From assembly GCA_964016885.1 (NCBI GenBank), contig OZ024754.1:930001-994000 (forward strand): a stretch of 64,000 nt of DNA, given 5' to 3'. Position numbers and translations under genes: made by a program. Every line of letters begins with the position of its first letter. Within the stretch, counting starts at the first letter, position 1. Positions 53,965-64,000 of the stretch are shown here, in pieces. This stretch comes from Eledone cirrhosa. Taxonomy: Eukaryota. Below the pieces are notes generated by a model, which was given only the letters and a program-made list of their open reading frames with translations, made no database searches and was not told where the DNA came from.

Positions 53965-54990
53965 GACTCTAGCCACCCCCTATAGTTTCTAAAACCTCAT
54001 TAACAACATTAGAAAGAGGGTTTCCAACCCCTCCTCCAGCAAGGCCATCTTATATAGGGCAGCACCCTACTATAATTTAGCGTTGAGGAACAGCGGCTTC
54101 TCTGAAAATATTACATACTCTCCAGATCACCGCCCTACATCGAACAAGAAAAAAACCTAGACATAAAGATGTCATATGGTTTGCACCACCTTTCTCACAT
54201 AATGTGAAGACAAATATAGGCAAAAAATTCTTAGGCTTCATAGATCCCCATTTCCCTGTTGGCCATAAATACTGAAAGATATTTAATCGCCATACAGTAA
54301 AAATAGGATACAATGTAAAAACCTATATCACCGGCAAACATAAAAGCCTTCCATCGTACGGATACTCATGTAGAAGAAAGACCTGATACATGCCCACTAG
54401 AGCAACACTGCAACACTCCGGCAGTGATATACCAAGCAGAGATTACATCCACCAACCAGAACCACCAAACTGAAGTCTGGACCTATGTTGGTATGTCCGA
54501 GAGTCGGTTTAAAAACCGGTTCAGGAATCACAAAACGACATTCAGATATCCTGATAAAAAGCATACCACCCAGCTCGCAAACCACGTATGGGAACTTAAG
54601 AGCAATGGCACGCCTTTTTCCATCAAATGGCGTATTTTGAAAAGATCTACCGTTTACGTAAACGGGTTGAAATTTTGTCGGCTTTGTAATTCCGAAAAAA
54701 TAGTGGATAATCTCACAATTAACTTCAAATAAGCACTGCCCTAACACACGACTCGATTGCTTTGGCGGATGACCCGATGTGAAGAAATATATTTTGGATA
54801 AATGGCTTAGGTCTGACTAACAGGCCCAGAAGTATCTTTCGAGTTATATTGTATTTCAGTGATATGTGATCCCTGGAGTCAACTAGAAGAAATTATTGTG
54901 CTTCTATTTCCATTCTGAATTGACTGTGGTCTCTCAAGGGTTACCCTCTTAGATCTTACCCTATTTTTTTTAAATAACTCCTTTTTTCTA
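53965..54990 (+). mobile_element. Penelope-like element fragment (post-RT and GIY-YIG), disrupted
   Basis: IWFAPPFSHNVKTNIGKKFL...IFNRHTVKIGY, then VIYQAEI...YVGMSESRFKNRFRNHKTTF...CRLCNSEK. Confidence 0.9.
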
Positions 54991-55372
54991 TACTTTTTCT
55001 AAATTACCTGTCCTGCGTTAACTCCGTTGTTATATCCGCATAGGGAAAGCGCAATCAACCATAGGCGGCCATCTTTGTCTTTCATTTTTCTCATGACAGG
55101 CTGAAGAAATTGGGGCCCAGAACCCAACGAAACTTTAGTACCTGTATACGTCACTGTTGTAATTATATATATATATATATATATGATGATTTCTCCCGAA
55201 TGAAACAGTTCTAGTCCTGTAGAAGCCTTTCTATATATATACATATAAATATATGTGTGTGTGTATATATGTGTGTGTTTTTCTCTGTGTGTGCAACGGG
55301 CGTCTGTATGTGTGTGTCTATGTGTGTGTATGTGTGTTTGTGTGTCTGTGCACGCACGTGTGTGTGTATGTA

Positions 55373-56008
55373 TGCCGGTCAAGCAGAAATTGAAAATTAG
55401 AATTGGTGCTCTGAAATAGCTATATATATATATATGAATGTATATATAGTGTATTTTGCAATATACTGTATGCTTAATTAAAAGCATTTCGAATACCTTA
55501 TGCTATTGTTTTAGAGTAGTGACAGACTCACTTACTTTAATTTCAGCAAACAGGGGAGATAAAGCTGACAAGGCCTTGTTTCGCATTTATTGTTGCTTAT
55601 CAAAGCCAACTACTCCTCCTGGAGTCGAAATGCTTTTAATTAAGCATACAGTGTATTGCAAAATACACTATATATACATTCATATATATATAGCTATTTC
55701 AGAGCACCAATTCTAATTTTCAATTTCTGCTTGACCGGCAACCGCTCTGTATAATCAGTTCCTGATTATTTACTAGAATTCTATAAGAACCAAACATCCA
55801 TGATTTCAGCATACAGGAGGAGTAGTTGGCTTTGATAAGCGTCAATAAATGCGAAACAAGGCCTTGTCAGCTTTATCTCCCCCTGTTTGCTGAAATTAAA
55901 GTAAGTGAGTCTGTCACTACTCTAAAACAATAGCATAAGGTATTCGAAATGCTTTTAATTAAGCATACAGTGTATTGCAAAATACACTGTATATACATTC
56001 ATATATAT
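55373..56008. repeat. Nested inverted-repeat cluster with two outward hammerheads
   Basis: 55373-55492 is inverted at 55624-55740, and about 55430-55621 is inverted at 55814-56008. Confidence 0.9.
55828..55872 (+). ncRNA. Type I hammerhead with U3-A8 core (mirror copy 55563-55607 on -)
   Basis: GGCU-UUGAUAA-GCGU caauaa AUGC-GAAA-CAAGGCCUUG-UC-AGCU. Confidence 0.75.
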
Positions 56009-56030
56009 AATATACATTTACCCCCCCCCC

Positions 56031-56067
<37 letters not shown>

Positions 56068-57373
56068 TATATATAGATTCAGTCATGGCAAAATCTCACA
56101 TGTCTGACCATCATTTCAGTATTAAATATACTCACTATCCAATTTCCCAGATATGAAATCCTAAACTGATCGAATGGAGATAATATTCTCTAGCAATCTT
56201 CATCTCATCTGGTGGGGAGTAAAGTAAGTCTGGTTTAGAGTAAGCGTAGAGTAAATCACGTGTGAGGTACATTAATAATTGTTTCTACTTTAGTCACAAG
56301 GCCAACAATTACCCAGTACATTACTGGTACTTTATTTTATCGACCCCGTAACGATGAAAGGCAAAGTTAACCTCGGCGGGAAATGTCAGGCAAGTCACTC
56401 GAAGAAGTAAAAAAATTGACTTCGGTATTCTCGTTATTTTTGCCTCCTTTTTGTCAATCCCATTGTTCTTATCTGTGTAAAGGAAAAAATAAGTAATAGA
56501 AATAGCTATTGACTAGTCAAATGATTATAGAAAATCCTCAAAAATATGTCTGAAAGCAACACGAAAGCCAAACAGTGTAACTGTCTTTTACTTTTTACCA
56601 TATCTATTTCTCATATTTATGGGATATTACATATGTTCGCGTAGACAAGCGAGGGAAATGAGATTGAGAGAATGAAGAGAGAGGGAGAGAAAAAAAGAAG
56701 AAATATATATAAGAATATTAACTACTTATAATTCAGTTTCGTCGCAGCTGCTTAACTTCACACTAAGAGAGACCTTCAGGCAAATTATCCCCATTTATAG
56801 AATTTAGGGGACTTCATATCTGGAAAATTGGCGTGATAAGTTGAATGCAATCGCCAAGGAATCTATTTAGTAGTGAAATGATTGCTTGGTGACTTGTAAG
56901 GTTTCGTCATAACTGGATTTTATTTAATATAACTATTTCAATTCACGAGGAAAGAATTTTCATGCCGAAATATCAGATATCACATTGTAAAAACAAAATA
57001 AAACAAAAAAAATAATGTTGAGTTTCATATTTCATTGAAACATATTTAACAAATGTCTACAATGCACTTTAACGGTGGTTTACATATATATATATATATA
57101 TATATTTACACACACACACACACACATATATATATATGATCTATATATGCTGGACATGCTCACCGATATCCAGAGTTGACACTTCACCCAGTGCTCCTGT
57201 GGGAGTCCCTGCATGAACACACTGGAAGAGGAAGACCGAGGTTGATATATGTTGATGCCCTAAGGACAGACACTGGTCCCTTGAAGACGCAGGACATGGC
57301 AGCGATGATGAGGGACAGAGACCGCTGGAGAGAACTCGTCCATGGATCTCGAGAATTTTACCCGCCTTAGATA

Positions 57374-57407
<34 letters not shown>

Positions 57408-58002
57408 GATATAGATATATCTGTATCTATATATATAAATATTTGCACACACGCACACGCACACGTACACGCACACACACGCATATATATGTGTCCAGCT
57501 CCATCTACTGGTCAGGTCGAGACGATAGTAGACAACGATGACACTAGTCTTGCTGATAAGTACCGAAGCATGTTTGGAGTTTTCATTGAACTCCAAAAGA
57601 TCAGAATTACTCTCCTCTAAATTCCCATTTTTAGAATATAATTTTAATTAATATAAATTCCAGATTTGTCGCCCCTGCTTTTCTTCAGTAGAGTTAGTTA
57701 TTAAAATAACGATTTTAGCTCTATCTTTATGAACGTAATTGCAATTAATAAAATTATCAACAACATTGATAATATATTATTAATGAACAGCACGACAATA
57801 GATTATACTGTAAATTTGGACGGCAATTTGAGATATATTAATTACTAAAATAAGGTTTTATGTTTTTAGATTCTACATAATTTCCAATTATACCTGAATA
57901 AATATTTTGGACGACTTATATAATCATTTTTTCTTCCATTAATGTTGCATAGATCATCAATGAGTTAAACCAAACTACTTAAATTCTTAAAATCATTTTC
58001 AG

Positions 58003-58108
58003 GCCTGTCAATCGCTATTATAATCTCGCTGTTTATTTCTGTCTGCATTGAAGGACTACAGGAGTACAGGAGTGCAAGACTCTTGAAAGCTTCTCTTCGG
58101 AAACCCAG
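58003..58108 (+). CDS. Ctr/SLC31 copper transporter, coding exon 3 (TM1: GLSIAIIISLFISVCIEGLQEYR...)
   Basis: Acceptor atcattttcAG, donor GTAAAA at 58109 (phase 2). Hydrophobic helix ends in EGLQ, compared with the Ctr EGLK motif. Confidence 0.88.
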
Positions 58109-59239
58109 GTAAAAAAACACAATAATTATAAATTAACTGTTTGTTACACACTCTTTATTTCTACCGGTTTCAGTCATTGGACTGCGGCAATGTTGGGAAC
58201 CACCTTCAGTCGATTATAGTTAATTATAACAACCCACGTACTTGTTTCTCTTATTTATCTACCTGTATTTTATAGAAGGCGCATGGCTTACTGGTTAGGT
58301 TGAGAGTTCGATTCTCGGACCGGGTTATGTTAATTTTTTCAGACAAATGAAGAATAGATTTTCTAGAAGTGGCTTTTACTGGCCTCACTATAATTACATC
58401 GTCGAAACTATATCGACCAAATATTTACTCTGTGACAGGTCTTCGAGTAATCACGTTCTATGAGCCCTGTTGTGGAAGGTTCTGCAGGAGCATGGGATCG
58501 ATGTGCAACTTCTTTTATGCTATTAAATAAAACCGGTGGAATTTTCACGAAAATCTGCAGCTGCCTTTGTTATAAATATGTTGTAAATTGCTTTCTGCAG
58601 CGGTTATGTCTGTAGAGGTTAGTTGTACTTAAAGTGAATCAAAACATCCTTTCAAATGTTTTGCCTTACTTCGGTGTCTGTAGCTCTGATAGATCTTTGA
58701 TCAAAGACATCTTCGCCTTTCTAAATCAATATATATACATTACTTGTCACCCACCTCTACTCTCGCATGGCCTGGGTTGATGAAAGATGAAACGCAAAGT
58801 TGACCTCGGCGGGATTTGAACTCAGAGCGTTGAGAGCCGACACTCTAGTAACTCTGCCAATTTGCCTTTAGAAATGAGAACAAGAGATTATTGATCTTAA
58901 GAGGTAAGCGGTAGAATGTATCGTTGAAAAATCTAGAACAACGACTTTTAATGTTTGTAACGTTTGAGAATAGTTAGAAATAAATTTAATATTGAAGGAC
59001 GCTGTATTTACTGTTGATAAATAAGTTATTCAAGAGAGAGAGAGAGGAGAGGATGAAAACCTACAGTTTTCAACACCTTATTTTTGTTTTTAATTTTCTT
59101 TTCATGTTAATTGTTACACATTCTTCCTCCTCTCCCTGCTCCCCCTCCTGCCCCCCTCTTCCTGTATATAAAAACTTTCCGTCATAATTTTGCGTAAGAA
59201 CCTTTGTTAATGCTTTCTTATTAACCACAAGGGTTTACA

Positions 59240-60225
59240 TAAAGTAGACATTAAGTACAGTACAGGACAATATATATTCTGCGTGTAAAAAACAAAAACA
59301 GAGGATGTAACAAAAAAATAACAATGAAAAATTCCCCAATACGGGGGAGACTTCCGAGGGACATTCGTGGAGAAAGCTCATTAAAAAGCCACAGTGACCC
59401 TGACCACCAGGGCAAGTGCCCTCTCCCAATTTTCCACCTTTAATTTACAGACACATACTCAGAGTAGGCCCATTCACTCGGGCCATTCTTGCCTCTCCCA
59501 CCCATCTTTCAACAAAATGCTGGGAAGAGAGCACTTCCCTCTCTACCCTGATTTTCCTTTTCAAATGAAATTTGAAAAAGTTAATCAGGGCATCACCGAA
59601 GAGGTAAGTGCTCGTCTTCAGCCCTTTCAAACGTGACCACCATACTATATCTTTCGCCATGGCCACCAGACAGATAAAAATTGCCTGCCCTTCCCGGCTA
59701 AAGGATTTCGTGGCGTCTGGGAGGGGTATGTGCTCCACGGCTGTTGGTGGTGGTAGTGGAGCCCTCTCCGGCGATTTTGTTGCTGGTGCAGCTATTGCAA
59801 ATGTAGTTACTGGTGTTGCCGCCACTGATGCTGCTGCTTTAGTTGTGGAAGGGGCTTCTGCGTTTGTTGCCTGCCTTGTTCTTGGTAACAGAAGACCAGG
59901 TATTGGAAGGAGATGGGCCTCCTTCTTTGCTGTCTTCTGCGGGAAAAACGCCCTGAGGTGACCCTTTGACCCACAGAGATAACATTTTGGCCGTCTTCCT
60001 TCCATGCTTATAGGGAGTTAGAGTCCTTCTTCGAGGTCTATGATATCGGGGATAGCGTCGATACACTCCTGGTCAGTTTGTATAAGCATTTGCATGCCTA
60101 TACCTGACCAGTTCTCTCTCCCTATTCTCTCTACTTGCAGCATGGTCGTCCTGTCCTCAATTCCAGCAGGGACAGACGCGGCCAGCCAAGGTACGGGCAC
60201 ATCGGGTGGGACATCAATGACTGAG
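59240..60225 (-). mobile_element. Internally deleted L1/Tx1 LINE (ORF1 zinc knuckle joined to ORF2 C-terminus and 3' UTR)
   Basis: EGRRPKCYLCGSKGHLRA knuckle, then AKDIVWWSRLKGL...FFKFHLKRKIRVERE....F.ERW. Confidence 0.8.
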
Positions 60226-60710
60226 ACGCAAAGAATAATAATTGTTCCTACTTTTGGCCCAGGCCAGCAATTACCCAGTGCATTACTGGTACTTTATTTT
60301 ACCGACCCCGTAAGGATGAAAGGCAAAGTTAACCTCGACGGGATTTGAACTCAAACCGTAAAGGGACGTAACTATGCTGGAACTCAAAGAATAATAATAA
60401 AGATATTATTATTTGGTTAAATTTAATTATTTTTAGAATTATCTGAAAATTATGGGTGGTGTATTTCATTAGAAATATCGTAACGAAATGATTATATCTG
60501 TTTCTGACGTTAAATGAAATATCATTTATTTGTATCACATTCATTATATCGGATTATATTTGAAGAAAGGTATGTTGTGCGTGGGCAAAGAAGTCTTACA
60601 ACAACAACTTGAAGAAATCTTACTGTTATTACATAAAACTAGATGTGATTAATTCAAAAATCGCATGTTTATCTTATATTCCATATTGTTTTTGTGTGTA
60701 TATCTTTCAG

Positions 60711-61002
60711 GAAGAACATTTGTGGTCCAGACAGCATACCAATATCGTGTAAATTTTCATGCACTCTTGCTTATGTTTGCCAAATAATACTCTCTTATTA
60801 TCTCATGTTGAGTGTGATGACCGGAAATATTTGGATTTTCTTAGCTGTCATAAGCGGCTCAGCCATTGGTGCCTTTATGGTTCGACCTTGGATCAAATGT
60901 TTCTTTTTGAAGCGAAGAATGATAACATTGAAAAGGTATACAACATCAAATGAAAATATAGAAAAATTCATTGATACAAAATTAGCAGAAACACCTTTTT
61001 AA
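60711..61002 (+). CDS. Ctr/SLC31 copper transporter, terminal exon (TM2 MxxxM, TM3 GxxxG)
   Basis: Acceptor tatctttcAG. SYYLMLSVMTGNIWIFLAVISGSAIG contains the Ctr MxxxM-x12-GxxxG signature. Stop TAA at 61000-61002. Spliced CDS is 39+70+106+292=507 nt, or 168 aa. Confidence 0.92.
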
Positions 61003-61117
61003 GACGAAATATGTTTGATATTTTAGTGTGTGTGTATAATAGTGTTAATACATTTATAGATAAAGCTACAAAACTTTACTTCATAAATATTTTTTATACA
61101 AAATCTGAAATATTTGT

Positions 61118-61251
61118 AATAAAAATTTTCCATAAAACACTTGTACTTGTTACGATTACTTTCTGTTGATTCACTTTCAACGTTAGAATAGTAAGTGATA
61201 TTTTTAGTTAAACACAAACACAAGCGCAAAAAGAAAAAAAGTTAGAATAAA
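61118..61251 (+). promoter_or_regulatory. Candidate polyadenylation signals of the Ctr gene
   Basis: AATAAA at 61118-61123 and 61246-61251 downstream of the stop. The AT-rich context lowers specificity. Confidence 0.35.
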
Positions 61252-61809
61252 GATATTTCCGTTTGTTAATGTTTTTCGCTTTCCAATCAGTATATTACTG
61301 TCAATAGAAGCAGCGTCAGCGAATAATAGTAAGGATGAAAGGCAAAAAAAAAATAATTGTTTCTACTTTAGGCACAAGGCCAGCAATTACCCAGTGCATT
61401 ACTGGTACTTTATTTTATCGACCCCGTAAGGATGAAAGGCAAAGTCAACCTCGGCGGGATTTGAACTCAGATCGTAACTATGCTGGAAAGCATGGCGTCC
61501 GACTCTCTAGGCAAAAAAATAATAATGATAAGCAACAAGTCGAAAAATTATAGAACAGAACACGCACAGAAGCAAACGCAACAACAAACACAAATTTCAA
61601 AAGTTTTGAACACAACAACCCCTACTTCCCTTAGCAGCAGCAACAACAACACTAGTAACCGATGTTACTGGCCTTGAAAAACGAAAAACGCAAAGGAAAA
61701 AAACAAACAAACAAACAAAATCTAAGTCAGACATTCAAACATTACAATGAAACTTATGTTTATTTTTTAAAGTTTTTATCTATTTATTTGTTTATTTATT
61801 TATGTTCGT

Positions 61810-62915
61810 CTACAGCATGATGGTGCCACGCTAAAATCACCGGGGGTGATGAAATCACTGGGCGTGATGAAATAACCGGTGGTTATGTAACCATACATTC
61901 ACCAATCCTCGATATGAGTGTTTAAATGTCGAACCTAAACAGTTCGAATAATGGTGAAGAGGAGACTGGAACGTCATGTGACAGACTCTCACCCAGCAAA
62001 TGTTCCCTGGCCCAGCAGCAGGGACCTGGCTGTCATCCAAATACTGCTGGTGTTGGAGGAAGAAGAAGAAGAAGGAAAGGGACAAGAACCAACTGGACGA
62101 AAGAATTGCATAGAACTGTTATGCAATGTTACCTGAAGAGTAACCCCAAGGAAAAAGGCTATAGGGAACGGATGCATAACATCTGGAACGAGATTGGTCT
62201 ATTTAAATTAGATGAACAAAAATTGGCCGGGCAGGCCCGGGTAATAAGAACTGATGGATGGATAAGCGAGTTGGAACTGGGGGAACTGAGCAGAGAGATT
62301 AGGTTGGAAATGGAGAGTGGAGTATGCCAGGCAAACGAGCCAATGGGAAATGAAGGTGAAGAGGTTGAGAGACCGGAGGAAGCATCCGAAGCAGACAATG
62401 ATCTGAATGCTGACATAAATAATATCTGGAACAAAGATGCGGCCATTGAGGAAATGAATGCTGACGGGCCAGGACAAGATTTAGTTGATATCCTAAACTA
62501 TAGATGAAATGAACAATGATAGTGGGAAACCTATGAACCTAAGATTTGTAGACAGGAAAAAGTTAAAAGAAACAACAGCTAAGGTAAACAAAGTCATCCC
62601 ATACCTTGAGGCGAGGAACCTTCATCAAAGCAACAGCAAATGCGGTGAGGAAATTACTTGGCATAAAAACGAGAGGAAACAACAAACAAGAAAGATCAGA
62701 ACCTTGGTGGAAGAAACGACTGAATGGTCAAATCAGGGAAATGAGAAATGACATTGGAAAGCTTGAGTCCCTACTGAATGGGACACTACAAAACATAGAC
62801 ACTAAAAATAGACTGGAAATAAAGTACAAAACTAGGAGGAAAAAGCTAAATATTATCATAGAGAAACTGAAGCAACGCATTGTAGCAAAGAGTGCAAAGA
62901 TTAGGCGGTATGAGA
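61810..62915 (+). mobile_element. R4/Dong-clade non-LTR element, 5' part (disrupted)
   Basis: WTKE....VMQCY..S.P...GYRERMH.IW...EQKLAGQARVI....W.SELEL, then PWWKKRLNGQI..MR.DI, and KLKQRIVAKSAKIRRY. Confidence 0.85.
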
Positions 62916-62917
62916 CT

Positions 62918-64000
62918 CGTCCTAGGAGTGGTAACTCTAAATGATTACCCCTTGGCGGTTAAGGATAAAACACAACGAAATAAATCCAATGCCAAATGAT
63001 AAAAACTCATACCGGATCGGCCGTCACCCGGGTCAAAAAGAACCGCGCACCTCAGAGAAGAACCAGACTGGGGTCGAAAAATCAGCTAATGGTTCAAACC
63101 TTCCCATCAATTCGGAGCTGGAGACCTCCCATAACTGGAATATTCCTACTGATGACCCTCCATGCTTACCACCAAGAAATCCAAAGAAAAAGAGAGAAAA
63201 ATGGTCAAGGGGAGACAATAAGGCAAAAAGTCCATGAGGCTTTCTACACTGCCATGTACTACCCATCAAATAGATCGAATACAGAACAGACATATATCAA
63301 CTGGAAAATGAAACATCCTGAAAACAGAGGCTACATTGACAGTCACAAACTAGCTAATATACGAAGAAATATTGTTAAGAAGAAGTTACTAACTGGCATA
63401 GAAATTGATCAGATCAAGCAATTAGCACAAAGTCAACGAAGGGAAAATGAAACACGTGCCAGTGAAAACGAAGTAAATTGTAATATCTTAAATCCCAGGG
63501 TCGGGGCAGAATCACTGACAACAGAACACATTAAAGAAAGGAAGTGGAAGGAGTGCATGTTCAAAATGAAAACAATGAAGAGATCATCAATGATAAAGAA
63601 ATGAATGTGATCGAATGGAGGAAAGTGAAAGAATCTGACATGGGGGAACGAGACAATAATATGTTCAAAACCAACCAAAGAAACTGCTACAGAAAAATTG
63701 GCAAGTCAACAATAACTGCTAAATCAATACCACCCAAGGAGGAAGTGCAAGAATTCTGGGAAAGATCTGGGCCGAAGAAAAAGTTCATAATATACATGCC
63801 CCATGGATAGACTGACAAATGAAAGATACAGCTCAACTTGAGGAACAAACATGGGGAAATATAACAGTTGAACATCTGCGTTTAGCTCTTAGAAAATTCG
63901 GCAAATAGAAATCTCCAGGGAAAGACAAAATACCAAATTTTTGGATAAATGCCTTCACAGAGTCTCATGAGCTGTTAGCCCAACTTTACAATGAAATGGT
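62918..64000 (+). mobile_element. Second R4/Dong-like element, internally deleted, runs off the window
   Basis: KLANIRRNIVKKKLLT..EID.IK, then N.MFKTNQ...Y, P.KEEV.EFW and KSPG.D.IPNFWI. Confidence 0.8.

Noticed and set aside
57342-57620. Candidate Ctr N-terminal exon or standalone ORF
   Set aside because: It is a LINE tail plus microsatellite. The Ctr frame is fully explained by exons at 41472, 50982, 58003 and 60711.
61810-61925. HDV-like ribozyme in the R4/Dong 5' UTR
   Set aside because: I could not build the nested double pseudoknot by eye. A descriptor search is needed.

Overview
AT-rich, microsatellite-dense eukaryotic DNA. It is most likely from an octopod cephalopod, inferred from the dominant tRNA-derived SINE, which resembles the octopus OK-type SINE. 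One host gene can be reconstructed by hand: a 4-coding-exon, 168-aa Ctr/SLC31 copper transporter on the + strand (41472-61002), with canonical splice sites and consistent intron phases 0/1/2. The rest is transposon debris: Penelope-like elements (RT and GIY-YIG fragments), L1/Tx1, RTE, R4/Dong and Hero/R2-type LINE pieces, a Gypsy integrase remnant, an internally deleted Helitron, hAT and pogo/Tc-type MITEs, SINEs (including a 4-copy tandem array) and minisatellites. The most striking unexplained structure is a set of about eight fold-back or inverted-repeat units, many beside (TA)n tracts. In these, type I hammerhead-ribozyme motifs (intact, partial or decayed) from several unrelated families face outward from the symmetry centre. 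Two families carry a compensatory U3-A8 core and several have greatly enlarged stem II domains. Several sense-strand copies sit in introns of the copper-transporter gene. All ribozyme folds were read by eye and are untested.
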